Below are positions 1 through 11,765 of a stretch of 64,000 nt of DNA, piece after piece (position 1 is the first letter of the stretch; every line of letters begins with the position of its first letter). Origin of the DNA: Chiloscyllium plagiosum (taxonomy: Eukaryota); contig NC_057753.1 in assembly GCF_004010195.1 (NCBI RefSeq), positions 5,698,367 through 5,762,366 of the forward strand, given 5' to 3'. The notes beneath the pieces were generated by a model. That model was not told the origin of the DNA, made no database searches, and was given only the letters and a program-made list of their open reading frames with translations. The position numbers and the translations under genes were made by a program.

Positions 1-530
1 TCACCGGTCAACCTCCTACGTTCCAGTGAAAAGGTCCCAGCATATGCAGCCTCTGGTTGTAACTCAAGTCCTCTTGTTCCTGACAACACCCTGGTAAATG
101 CTTTCTGAATCCTCTCCAGCCTAATGTCTTTTATAATAACAAGAACTGCGCACACAACTCCAGAAGAGGCCTCATCAACATCCTGTATAACCTCGACAAA
201 ACGTCCCAACTCCTATATCTGGGCAATGAAGGTAAGCATGCAGAAAGCCTTCTTAATAACCCTACGTGATCCAAATTGTGCTACAGCCCTAGCCTCTCCT
301 TTTTAATTATGTAAGTCCTGCCCTTGTTTGTTTTACCAAAATACAATTCCTTGCTCTTATCTAAATTAACCTCCATCTGCTACTCTTCAGCCCAATGGAT
401 CAAGGTTTCTTTGTAATCGTCGATGACATTCTTCACTGTCTGCGATACCAACAATCTCGGTATCATCTACAAGCATACTAACCGTGCCTTCTCTCGTCTC
501 ATCGAGATCATTTATATAAATGACAAACAA
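1..530 (-). mobile_element. CR1-clade LINE fragment (3' part of ORF2 RT)
   Basis: Reverse complement shows decayed CR1 ORF2 motifs (LYRMLMRPLLE-like; similar to clearer copies at 7565-8315 and 29659-31430). Confidence 0.75.
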
Positions 531-733
531 AAACGGAGGATTATCCAGGGAATACACATGCATCAAATTCAGAGAGTGATGGTCATGTGCTCATCATAAG
601 AGACCCCATTCCAGTCACTTTCCAAAGCTGGCAAGCGTTGGAGATTTACCGGATCTTATTTGTGCCATTTTACCAAAATTCAGAAGTATTTGTTGGGTGG
701 GGAGGGGAAATAGATATTATCAAGTACAAGTTT

Positions 734-995
734 GATTAGATTAGATTCCCTACAGTGTGGAAACAGGCCCTTCAGCTCAACCAATCCACACCAACCCTCC
801 AAAGAGTAACCCACCCAGACCCATTTCCCTCCGACTAATGCACCTTACGCTATGTGCAATTTAGCCTAGCCAATTCACCTAACCTGCACACCTTTGGACT
901 GTGGGAGGAAACCCACAGAGACAGTCGCCCGAGACTGGAATCGAACCTGGGATCCTGGTGCTGTGAGGCAGCAGTGCTAACCACTGAGCCACCAT
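734..995 (-). mobile_element. HE1-type tRNA-derived SINE
   Basis: rc has A-box (GGTGGCTCAGTGG), B-box (GGTTCGATTCC) and (TAATC)n tail. Confidence 0.85.
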
Positions 996-1270
996 GATTA
1001 ATTATAAAGGATAAATATTAGAAGATTTTACCTGATGGATTGGATAAAGATCACTGGGCGGGGACTGTTGTGAAGCATCAGTATTATCATGGGCCACTTG
1101 TTTAAATGTCCTCTTTCTTGTATCAAGTACGTGAAATATGGAAACGATGATGACAGAGGATTTCTTTTGAAGTTTAATTCTGATGAAATCAGAAAAATGT
1201 TCTTTTCTAAAGATGCGTACAAAAGCAACTCACAATAAATAGTGCCATTAAGGAAAGCAAGTTCCACAAA

Positions 1271-1895
1271 TGTAACAATGTGGTCACTTTTAAAAGGTTA
1301 TTTTGCCCTAGGTTTTTTTTGAGAGATATAAAGGCAGAGGTGTCAAAATGCCTACTTTAGCAATGGCAGGGGAGTGACTAGTCTTTTAGATTAGATTATC
1401 TACAGTTTGGCCCAACAAGTCCACACCAACCCTCTGAAGAGTAACCCACCCAGACCCACTCCTCTACCCTATATCTCCCTTGAGTAATGCACCTAATGCT
1501 ATGGGGCAATTTAGCACGGCCAATTCACCCTAACCTGTACATCTTTGGACTGGGGGAGGAAACCGGAGCATCCGGAGGAAACTCGCGCAGACACGGGGAG
1601 AATGTGCAAACTCCACCCAGACAGTCGCCCCGAGGCTGGAATCGAATCCGGGACCCTGGCGCTGTGAGGCAGCAGTGCCACCCCAGTTCAGGTGTTTTTT
1701 TTTCTCGTTTGGTTTAAGTTGTCACAGTCACAGAAGGTGCTGCAGTGCAAAAAGGTTCCATACGTCAGCAGATGATTGCTGGCCAACCTTTGTCTCTGAA
1801 ATCTCTCCTGGCTGTAAGCACCTGTGTTTGAATTTACCTTTTGTCAAGGGCTGTAATTGTGGGATGTTATTGGAACAGCACCTTAGTTAAGATTT
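1271..1895 (+). mobile_element. 3'-truncated LTR fragment related to solo LTR 33731-34363, interrupted by a SINE
   Basis: Starts TGTAAC; 1790-1890 resembles 34030-34135 (tctctcctg..cctgtgtttga..caagggctgt..ttggaaca). Confidence 0.5.
1386..1683 (-). mobile_element. HE1-type SINE
   Basis: Same consensus as other copies; TTAGATTAGA tail at 1386. Confidence 0.85.
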
Positions 1896-2393
1896 GTTTG
1901 TGTTGTAGAGGGATTGGGTTTCGGAGCCATGAGGTCATGTTGCAGCTGAACAAAACTCTGAGTAAAGAAACTACCTCTGACATCTGTCCTATATCTATCA
2001 CCCCTCAATTTAAAGCTATGTCCCCCTGTGCTAGCCAACACCAGCTGAGGAAAAAGGCTCTCACTGTCCACTCTATCTAATCCTCTGTTCATCTTGTATG
2101 ATGAATGCGGTTAATGTCCAAATCCCTTCTCACAGCAAGAGCAGGTGTACAGTTTCTCTCCCAAACGAATGCACTTGTGTCTCAGCAGGATTGATAACTT
2201 AGGGAAACCCTTCCCACAGTCGGGACAGATTAATTGTTTCGCCTAAGTGTGTAAGTGCTTGTGTTTTCGCAGGTTAGGTGGCTGAGTGAATACCCATCCA
2301 CAGTCAGAGAATCTGAATGTTTCCCCACTGTGAACGTGCTGGTGTACAGCAAGGTGAGGTGATCTCCTGAGCCAAGACGCACAGTGAGAGTGC

Positions 2394-2723
2394 TTAGAAT
2401 CCTAGAATCCCTACAGTGTGGAAACACTCTTTGGCCCAATGAATCCACACCGATCCTCCAAAAAGTATCCCACCCAAACCCATTCCCCTACATTTCCCCG
2501 TGACTAATGCACCCAACTAACCCCCATATCCTGAATGGTATGGGCAATGTAGCACGGCCAATTCACCCTGATGTGCACGTCCTTTAGACTGTGGGAGGAA
2601 ACCCACACAGACACACGGGGAGAATATGCAAACTCCACACAGACAACCGCCTGAGGCTGGAATCAAACCCAGGTCCCTAGCGCTGAGGCAGCAGCACTAA
2701 GCACTGGGCCACCGCGCTGCCCC
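2394..2723 (-). mobile_element. HE1-type SINE
   Basis: SINE consensus with tRNA-like head at ~2660-2723. Confidence 0.85.
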
Positions 2724-2795
2724 AAACAAATCAAACTTCTCTACCTGTCTCAGCAGGATACGAACTTAGGTCCCCAGAACATCAGCTGAGGTTCT

Positions 2796-3057
2796 TTAGA
2801 TTAGATTAGATTAGATTAGATTACTTACAGTGTGGAAACAGGCCCTTCGGCCCAACAAGTCCGCACCCCCCCGCCGAAGCGCAACCCACCCATACCCCTA
2901 CATTTACCCCTTACCTTACACTACGGGTAATTTAGCACGGCCAATTCACCTGACCTGCACATCTTTGGACTGTGGGAGGAAACCGGAGCACCCGGAGGAA
3001 ACCCACGCAGACACGGGGAGAACGTGCAAACTCCACACAGTCAGTCGCCTGAGGCAG
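2796..3057 (-). mobile_element. HE1-type SINE, 5'-truncated, young-looking subfamily
   Basis: (TTAGA)5 tail; diagnostic ccgccgaagcg..cccatacccctac shared with 8316-8627. Confidence 0.85.
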
Positions 3058-3465
3058 GATCAAGTCCAGTTCTGGATCAAGTCTCCAGTGATAATACCAC
3101 TAGTCCATCACCTTTCCATCCTGAACGCGCTCTCATCAGGGCTGACTTATTGGTGATGTACTAGAACATTGAAAGCACTTGCTGCATTCCAGACTATTAA
3201 AGGCTCTTTCATCAGCGTCAACTCATTGGTTTTTCAACAGGTCAGGGGGTCTGAGCCACCGCTTCCCACAGCTGGTCTCCCCCTGTGTAAGTCTGTTACT
3301 GAGTTTTCACCTGAGATGGATATCTGAGTCCCTCCTCACATTCTCACACTTCCACTGTTTTTCCCTATAGTGACTGCATTTATGGTTTGATAGGCCAGAT
3401 GATTGGTTGAACCCTTGTCCCTGGAGAACACGTATGAAGTTTTTCTACACTGTTTCTTCCATGTA

Positions 3466-3780
3466 GGGTGGCTCAGTGGGTACGCAATGCAGCCTCTCAG
3501 CACCAGGAATCCAGGTTCAATTCTACCCTTTGGTGGCCGTCTGTGTGGAGTTTGCACATTCTCTCAGTGGGTTTCCTCCAGGTGCTCTGGTTCACTCCCA
3601 CAGTCCAAAGACATGCAGGTTAGGTGGACCGGCCGTGCTACATTGCCCGTAATGGCCAGGGATGTGCAGTTTAGGTGGGTTAGCCACAGGAAAATGCAGG
3701 ATTACAGCATAGAGTAGGGGTGAGTCTGGATGGGGTGCTCTTTGGAGGATCGGTGTGGACTCAATAGGCTGAATGTTTAT
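3466..3780 (+). mobile_element. HE1-type SINE (diverged)
   Basis: GGTGGCTCAGTGG head, GGTTCAATTC B-box, SINE body. Confidence 0.75.
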
Positions 3781-3789
3781 CACAGACTC

Positions 3790-4263
3790 GGCATGGTGGC
3801 TCAGTGGTTAGCACTGCTGCCTCACAGCACCAGGGTCCCAGGTTCGATTCCAACCTCAGGCGTGGGTTTGCTCTGGTTTCCTCCCACAGTCCAAAGATGT
3901 GCAGGTCATATGAATTGCCCATGCTCAATTGCCCGTGGTGTTAGGTGCATTAGTCAGAGGGAAATGGGCCTGGGTGGGTTACTCTTCAGAGGGTCGGTGT
4001 AGACTTGTTGGACCGAAGGGCCTGTTTCCCCATCGATTCCAACCTCAGGCGTGGGTTTGCTCTGGTTTCCTCCCACAGTCCAAAGATGTGCAGGTCATAT
4101 GAATTCATATGAATATTCATTCATATGAATTGCCCATGCTCAGTTGCCCGTGGTGTTAGGTGCATTAGTCAGAGGGAAATGGGCCTGGGTGGGTTACTCT
4201 TCGGAGGGTCGGTGTGGACTTGTTGGACCGAAGGGCCTGTTTCCCCACTGTTGGGAATCTAAT
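3790..4263 (+). mobile_element. HE1-type SINE with internal ~190-bp tandem duplication
   Basis: 3843-4032 repeated at 4033-4247. Confidence 0.85.
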
Positions 4264-4297
4264 ATTTTCCCAAGCTGTTAAGCTGACTGGATTTGCT

Positions 4298-4421
4298 GAG
4301 AAAGTGAGGGCTGCAGATGCTGGAGATCAGAGCTGAAAATGTGTTGCTGGAAAAGCACAGCAGGTCAGGCAGCATCCAGGGAACAGGAGAATCGACGTTT
4401 CGGGCATGAGCCCTTCTTCAG
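4298..4421 (-). mobile_element. Short Penelope-derived element carrying a minimal hammerhead ribozyme
   Basis: rc: CTGAAGA-A-GGGC-TCAT-GCCC-GAAAC-GTC; flanked by GGATTTGCT (4289-4297) / GGATTGGCT (4421-4429). Confidence 0.75.
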
Positions 4422-4772
4422 GATTGGCTTACCTGCTTATTCTCACCATCGTGTTTTGAATGTGAGTGGTACATTCACAGTTTTCCAACACTCTGGGTAA
4501 TTTCCAAAATCCAAGGGCACAGGAAGGTTATTGCCAGTGCATCCACTAAGTCTGTAGCTCCTTCCCGCAATATCCTGGGATGCAGCCCATCATTTTCAGG
4601 TGACCTATTTATCTGTCAGCCCCAATCGTTTCCCTAGTACTTGTGCTCCCTCTGCCGTTCACTTCTTTCCCATTATTATTTCATCAGCCTCATTCTCTAA
4701 CCATCCTATGTTCACTTTGAATTCACTCTTTTGTGGGATGTAGGTTTGCTCGCTGAGCTGTAGGTTTGATAT

Positions 4773-4812
4773 CCAGACGTTTCATTACTTGGCTAGGTAA
4801 CATCATCAGTGG
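4773..4812 (-). ncRNA. Minimal type I hammerhead ribozyme (Penelope pLTR)
   Basis: rc: CCA-CTGATGA-T-GTTAC-CTAGCCAA-GTAAT-GAAAC-GTC-TGG. Confidence 0.8.
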
Positions 4813-5663
4813 CGACCTCCAAGTGAAGCGAAGCTGTTGTCTCCTGCTTTCTATTTATATCTTTCTCCTGGATGGGGTTCCTGGGGTTTGTGCTGATGTC
4901 ATTTCCTGTTCGTTTTCTGAGGGGTTGATAGATGGTATCTAGATCTATGTGTTTGTTTATGGCATTGTGGTTGGAGTGCCAGGTCTTTAGGAATTCTCTG
5001 GCATGTCTTTGCTTAGCTGTCCCAGAATAGATGTGTTGTCCCAGTCGAAATGGTGTTTTTTTTTTCGTCCGTGTGTTGGGCTACGAGGGAGAGAGGGTCG
5101 TGTCTTTTTGTGGCTAGCTAGTGTTCGTGTATCCTGGTGGCTAACTTTCGTCCTGTTTGTCTTACGTAGTATTTGTGGCAGTCCTTGCATGGAATTTTGT
5201 AGATGACGTTGGTTTTGTCTGTGGATTGTACTGGGTCTTTTAAGTTTGTTAATTTTTGTTTGAGAGTGTTGGTGGGTTTGTGTGCTACTAGGATTCCGAG
5301 GGGTCTTAGTAGTCTGGCTGTCATTTCTGAAACTTCTTTGATGTATGGTAAGGTGGTTAGGGTTTCTGGCTGTGTTTGGTCTGCTTGTGGTTTGTTCTTG
5401 AGGAATCTGCAGACTGTATTTTTGTTGAGTATCCGTTCTTCTTGAATACGTTGTATACGTGGTTCTCCTCTGTTTTCCGAAGTTCGTCTGTGCTGCAGTG
5501 TGATGTGGCTCGTTGGAATAATGTTCTGATGCAGCTTCGTTTGTGTGTGTTGGGATGGTTGCTGGAGTAGTTAAGTATTTGGTCAGTGTTTGTCGGTTTC
5601 TGTATACTCAGGTATAAATAAATAGAAAGCAGGAGATAACAACTTCGCTTCACTTGGAGGTCG

Positions 5664-5703
5664 CCACTGATGATGTTACCTAGCCAGGTAATGAAACGTC
5701 TGG
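5664..5703 (+). ncRNA. Minimal type I hammerhead ribozyme (Penelope pLTR)
   Basis: CCA-CTGATGA-T-GTTACC-TAGCCA-GGTAAT-GAAAC-GTC-TGG: intact core, stem I CCA/TGG, stem II, GUC cleavage triplet. Confidence 0.85.
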
Positions 5704-6031
5704 ATCTCAAACCTACAGCTTAGCGAGCAAACCTACACCCTAAACCTCAACCTGAGCTCAAACCTTCACAAACCTTGCATCTCTCTTTTGTATTTTGCAC
5801 ATTTAAAGAGGGTCTTGCCTGACCTCTTGATATTACTTTCTAGTTAACCCTCATTGTATATTTTCTTCTAATATTCTGTGATAATCGTTAGTTTGTTTTT
5901 AAAAATTTTCCTGATCCTCTGTCTTACTGCTAATCTTTGTATGTTTCTGTTTTCAATTTGATGCCATCCTTAACATCTCTGGTTAACCACGATTGTCTTA
6001 TCACCTTCTGAGATCCTGCGTTCAAACTGTA

Positions 6032-6349
6032 GCTAGATTAGATTCCCTACAGTATGGAAACAGGCCCTTCGGCCCAACTAGTCCACACTGACCCTCCGAA
6101 GAGTAACCCGGCCAGACCCATTCCCTACATTTACCCCTGACTAATGCAGCTAACACTGTGGGCAATTTAGCATCAACAATTCACTTAACCGGCACACCTT
6201 TGGGAGGAAACCAGAGCACCCGGAGGGAGCCCACGCAGACACAGGGAGAATGTGCAAACTCCACACAGACAGTCGCCAGAGGTGGAATCAATCCAGGGTT
6301 CCTGGTGCTGTGAGGAAGTAGTGCTAACCACTGAGCCACCGGGCCACCC
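6032..6349 (-). mobile_element. HE1-type SINE
   Basis: Full SINE consensus, TAGATTAGA tail. Confidence 0.85.
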
Positions 6350-6644
6350 AAATAAGTTTGAGTAAGTTTGTTGTCAGTCATGGATTATTTTCTTAAATGT
6401 TTGCCAATTTCACCAACTACCTTTCCCCGCTCCAGCCAACTGTCATTTGTAATTAAGTAAATTAAGATTAATTAATTAAAAGAATTAATTAATTAAGATG
6501 CAAAACAATCTTAATCATGAGATTCACAACATATTGTTCATGGAAATTGTCCTAAACAAAGTCTATGAAATCTTCTTTATGCCCACTTCTGTCAATTTGA
6601 TGTTTCCAAGACTAAAGTCAACCATGATGAATTAATTTGGGGTT

Positions 6645-6998
6645 GGCATGGTGGCCCGGTGGTTAGCACTGATGCCTCACAGTGCGAGGGACTCCAGGTT
6701 CGATTCCAATCTCGGGGTGACTATCTGCCTGTGTGGACTTTGCACATTCTCCCCTTATCTGCATGGGTTTCCTCTTGGTGCTCTGGATTCCTCCCACAAT
6801 CCAAAGATGTATAGGTTAGGGAGGTTAGTCATGCTAAATTGCCCATAGTGTTCAGGAATGTGTAAGTCAGGGTGGATGGGTTGTGGGAAATGCAGGGTTC
6901 TCAGGTGGGAAGGGGTGGTTCTGGGTGGGATGCCCTATGGATGGACAGTATGCACTCAATGGGCAGAATGTCCTGTTTCTTCATTGTAGGGATTCTGT
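6645..6998 (+). mobile_element. HE1-type SINE (diverged)
   Basis: GGCATGGTGG..TGGTTAGCACT head, GGTTCGATTCC B-box. Confidence 0.8.
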
Positions 6999-7057
6999 GA
7001 ACTGCCTCTTTATATACCCTCATTTACAGTAAACTAGACTACCCTGAAACTTGGGGG

Positions 7058-7565
7058 AATAATAGTAGTGTTGTCCCACTCGAACTCATGTTGCTTGTCA
7101 TCTGCGTGTGTGGCTACTAAGGATAGCTGGTCGTGTCGTTTCGTGGCTAGTTGATGTTCATGGATGCGGATCGTTAGCTGTCTTCCTGTTTGTCCTATGT
7201 AGTGTTTTGTGCAGTCCTTGCATGGGATTTTGTACACTACTATTATAGGACAAGCCAAACAGAGAACAGCCAGGGAATTCCTAGAGGCATGGCATTCATC
7301 CACAGATTCAATCAATAAGCACATCGACCTGGACCCAATATACCGACCACTGCACCGAACAGCTGGAACTGACAACCGGAAGCGGCAGATTCAAACCACT
7401 ATAAATGCCGGAGGAAATATCACAGAAGCGCTTCACAGGAGGCTCCCAAGCACTGAGGATGTCACCTAGACAGGGGACGAAACATCTGCACCACAAATTC
7501 CCAGCTCGGCGAACAGAACCACAACAACGAGCACCCGAGCTACAAATCTTCTCACAGACTTTGAG
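7058..7565. mobile_element. Penelope-like element 3' end with internal inversion
   Basis: Minus strand 7058-7240 encodes YKIPCKDCTKHYIGQTGRQLTIRIHEH (GIY-YIG); plus strand 7237-7565 continues TTIIGQAKQRTAREFLEAWHS into a pLTR with a hammerhead at 7450-7489 (GTC>ATC). Confidence 0.85.
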
Positions 7566-8315
7566 CCTTCTTCACTATCCTGTCTACCTGTGACTCCACT
7601 TTCAAGGAGCTTTGAACCTGCACTCCAAGATCTCAGCAACACTCCCTCGGACCTTACCAGTAAGTGTATAAGTCCTGCTAAGATTTGCTTTCCCAAAATG
7701 CAGCACCACACATTTATCTAAATTAAACTCCATCTGCCACTTCTCAGCCCATTGGCCCGTCTGCTCCAGATCCTGTTGTAATCTGAGGTAACCCTCTTCG
7801 CTGTCCACTGCACCTCCCATTTTGGTGTCATCTGCAAACTTACTAACTATCCCTCCTAAGCTCACATCCAAATCATTTATGTAAATGACAAAAAGCAGTA
7901 GACCCAGCACCGATCCTTGTGGCACTCCACTGGTCACAGGCCTCCAGTCTGAAAAACAACCCTCCACCACCACCCTCTATCTTCTACCTTTGAGCCAGTT
8001 CTGTATCCAAATGGCTAGTTCTCCCTGTATTCCATGAGATCTAACCTTGCTCCCATGGGGAACCTTGTTGAACGCCTTACTGAAGATCACGTCCACCACT
8101 CTGCCCTCATCAGTCCAGTTTGTTGCTTCTTTAAAAAATTAATCAAGTTTGTGAGACACGATTTCCCATGCTCAAAGCCATATTGACTATCCCTAATCAG
8201 TCCTTGCCTTTCCAAATACATGTACATCCTGTCCCTCAGGAACCTGCCCACCACCGAGTTCAGGCTCCGTGCACTATAGTTCCCTGGCTTTTCCTTATCA
8301 CCCTTCTTAAACAGT
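7566..8315 (-). mobile_element. CR1 LINE RT fragment
   Basis: ORF 7602-7973: SGVPQGSVLGLLLFVIYINDLD..KFADDTK. Confidence 0.9.
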
Positions 8316-8627
8316 GATTAGATTAGATTACTTAGTGTGGAAACAGGCCCTTCGGCCCAACAAGTCCACATCGCCCCGCCGAAGCGAAACCCACCCATAC
8401 CCCTACATTTACCCCTTACCTAACACTACGGGCAATTTAATATGGCCAATTCACCTGACCTGCACATCTTTGGACTGTGGGAGGAAACCGGAGCACCCGG
8501 AGGAAACCCACACAGACACGGGGAGAACGTGCAAACTCCACACAGTCAATAGCCTGAGGCGGGAATTGAACCCGGGTCTCTGGCGCTGTGAGGTAACAGT
8601 GCTAACCACTGTGCCACCGTGCTGCCC
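8316..8627 (-). mobile_element. HE1-type SINE, full length, young-looking subfamily
   Basis: Complete head to (TAATC)n tail. Confidence 0.9.
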
Positions 8628-8696
8628 ACATGGCATGACTTTAGCCAACCTTCAGTTTTTCAGTTTTTAAGTTACTCGCCATGTTAAGATATCTCA

Positions 8697-9015
8697 GCGG
8701 CACAGTGGCTCAATGATTAGTACTGCTGCCTCAAAGCCCCAGGGACCCAGGTTCGATTCCAGCCTTAAGTGACAGTCTGTGTGGAGTTTGCACATTTTCA
8801 CGGTGTCCGCGTGTGTTCATCTGGGTGCTCCGGTTTCCTCCCACAGTCCAAAGATGTGCAGGTCAGGGTGAATTGGCCATGCTAAATTGCCCGTAGTGTT
8901 AGGTGCATTAGTCAGAGGGAAATGGGTCTGGATGGGTTACTCTTCGGAGGGTTGGTGTGGACTGGTTGGGCTGAAGGGGCTGTTTCCACACTGTAGGGAA
9001 TCTATTCTAATCTAA
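8697..9015 (+). mobile_element. HE1-type SINE, full length
   Basis: Head, B-box GGTTCGATTCC, tail TCTATTCTAATCTAA. Confidence 0.9.
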
Positions 9016-9275
9016 CAGAGAACAGAAGGACTAAAATTCACCTACGTCACTAAGCAATAGCTATCCCCCGCCAAATGAGAATGAAAACTAGAAGCTATTC
9101 TGGTTAGTTATCCAAAGACATTGACATTATTTGATGTGTTTGTGTTGCATTGACCCACCACCCTCTAATTATATAATTGAACACTACTCCCCATTCTATC
9201 AATTTAAACCTATATCCACATATTAAAATTGTTTATACAATTCTAATATCTTTTTTTAACTGTTGTTACAACTGT

Positions 9276-9937
9276 TGTTACAAGAAGGTAGACCCTCCTT
9301 CTTAACTTAAAACTAACAACACAGAAAAGATTTATCCTGTGTAGTGATCTGTAAAAATCAATTGGCCAAGAGCTCTTTAAAGTAAAAATTTAACAACTTT
9401 ATTTCTTAAAGTATAACAGAGAATAATCAACTAACCACTATTTACAATTTATTTCTCTCACCTATCTTTTACCTTCCCTTCTACAATACTAATCCGATAA
9501 CACTCCCAATTAAGATTTACCAAACCACACTTCTTATCTCAAAACCAGGCAGCTGTAGGTTCTTGTCTTCGGATCTTCCTGTATCTTCTTTTCTCCTTCT
9601 TAGGAATTTCTGCAGTCTCTTAAATGCCAGGATGTGGCAGATCCCCTCTCAACTGTTCAATTTTCCCCCGGTCTTGTACCCCAGAGCATCGGATTGTGTC
9701 ATTGGCTTTTAAGATTGTCAATATACTCAATTCGAACTTTGGAATTTAATATTTTTTTTATCGGGGTATAATTTAAACTGATTGGCCGGATTCAAGTTTG
9801 TTGTCTCCAAGGCAACGAACTTCTCGAATTGTTCAACCCAGTGTTACATACATTGTCTTATTGAGAACACTTGATGCTGTGTCTAGTAGTTCTGCTGCTT
9901 TTAACTCTCTTAAAGGTACACCCACATCTTCATAACA
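9276..9937 (-). mobile_element. Solo LTR of the Gmr1-type Gypsy family at 22862-29658
   Basis: rc begins TGTTATGAAGATGTGGGTGTAC (as LTR at 28949) and ends TGTAACA; shares internal blocks such as GGATAAATCTTTTCTGTG. Confidence 0.85.
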
Positions 9938-11454
9938 CTACCAATATATTATTATCCACAACCAAGCAGTACCTGTACCCAGTGTCCTTGCACAATCCAC
10001 CAGATCTCGCTACCTGTGGGAATTTTAAACAGTCCCGAATGGTTGTTACAAATTTTGGTGGCCTTCGCCTGTCATTGAAAATTTGTAAGATCTCCAACGT
10101 CAGGACAAACACTTGGCAGCAGAGTACAGTGCTGTGTTTGAGCTCCTGGTCCAGGGTTTGTTTGCCTCTGTCAGCTCTCCCTGTTCTCTTTTTTTCTTTT
10201 TTTACTTTCGTTCTTTTCTCTTTTAAAAAACTTTTTTTTTAGTGTCTTCGGCAGGGCGAGAGCAGGCTTGGACTCGCAAGCATGCACGACAGCAGCGGCA
10301 ACAGGAAAGTGCGAGCCCTGCGGCGCAGAATAGAGAGCGAGCTCAGCTATCCAAGATGGCGGAACCAGCATGGTAGGCCCTTCTGCTCCAGCCCAGCTGT
10401 GTTCATTTTTAGTTGGCTAGTTCCCAGCTTTGATCTCCTTGTAACAATGTCTCTGCAATAGCTTTTGGATCATAGCCATTAACCCCTATTTATGTTATGA
10501 ATCCATTTCTCCTTTTTCCTTGGCTAGCCAGGCAGAGAAAGGTCCATTCACCTCTGTCACAGCCACACAGAATATCACCTGTGGCTTCGGAAACGAGATG
10601 GGAGGAATTCAGACATGACATTCCGGGAATGTTGGTATGGATTTGGGAGTTGACGAAATGCTGAGGACTTTAGAAAGGCAAGGGAGATCGGAGATGGGAA
10701 AGCAGTTTGCAAGAATGATGGGGTCAGGGTTTATTTATTTCACCTACAGCATGGTAATGGTAGATTGGAAGTAAGCAAGACTGGCCTGATCGCGGGAACT
10801 GTTAACAAGTTTATGAATATGGAGAAGTTATATGGTCAACCGTTTAGTAAGAGTCAAGTTAAAGACGCAGGAAGTGAATGAGCACTGAGAGGGCAGAGTA
10901 CATGGGAGATAAATTAGAGAAAGTATCTGTTCAACACTCAGCCAAGGAAGACTTTTATAGGTACTTTGGCCCGAGGGATGTGTGGGAGTACGTGAGGCAG
11001 CTGATTGGATTGTCTCCAACACTGAGATCCTCACATAGAACATTCCAGCGCAGTACAGGCCCTTGAGCCCTCAGTGTTGGTTCCACAGGTTGGTGCAATC
11101 TGAAGCCCATCCAATCAAAACTATAACATTCTCGTCTATATGCCTATCCACTGACTATTTGAATGCCCTTAAAGTTGGTGAGTCTCCTATCATTGCAGGC
11201 AGGGCATTCCACGCCCCAAATACTCTCTGAGTAAAGAAACCAGCTCTGACATCGTCCTGTATCTATCACCCCTCAATTTAAAGCTGTAAGTTTTGTTGTT
11301 AGAGGTGAGGATGTAGGAAACAGGGGAGAAGGAGAGGCTTTCGGAAGAGACTAAATTATGTGGGGCAAAGTGCAAAGCCTTGCTTAAATTTTTAGTTAAC
11401 ACATAGCAGGTGTGTTTGCCTTTATCCAGAGGACTGATTGAATTCCTTCAGCAC

Positions 11455-11765
11455 AGAAAGAAGCCATTTGACTCACCTCGGCTGCACTGACCCTCTGAGG
11501 TGTACCCACTCAGCCTCAGGCCCATCCACCTTCTCCCCGCATTTAGCGTGGCTAATCCACCTAGCCTGCACCTCTGTGAACACTGCGGGGCCATTTAGCA
11601 TAGACAATCCAAATAACCTGCACATGTTTGGACTGGAGGAGAATGCTGGAGCAATCAGTGAAAACAATGCACACACAAGGTGAACATGTCAATTCCACAT
11701 AGACAGTTACCCAAGGACCCAGGCCCCTAGCACTGTGAGTCAGCATTGCTAAGCACTGTCTCTCC
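11455..11765 (-). mobile_element. Diverged HE1-type SINE whose 5' end is interrupted by an LTR
   Basis: SINE body; terminal CACCGTG resumes at 12370. Confidence 0.6.

Larger units (their letters stand above)
2101..3460 (-). pseudogene. Decayed C2H2 zinc-finger gene remnant, split by two SINEs
   Basis: rc translation gives GQGFNQSSGLSNHKCSHYREKQWKC (~3420-3345) and HQHVHSGETFRFSDCGWVFTQPPNLRKHKHLHT*AKQLICPDCGKGFPKLSILLRHKCIRLGEKLYTCSCCEKGF (2345-2120), with stops and frameshifts. Confidence 0.75.
4735..5780 (-). mobile_element. Penelope-like element, 5'-truncated (RT thumb + GIY-YIG endonuclease) with inverted pseudo-LTRs
   Basis: ORFs 5118-5324 (NVIYKIPCKDCHKYYVRQTGRKLATRIHEH) and 5357-5710 (SNHPNTHKRSCIRTLFQRA); 4735-4870 is the inverted copy of ~5612-5745; TSD CTCTTTTGT at 4726-4734 and 5783-5791. 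Confidence 0.9.
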
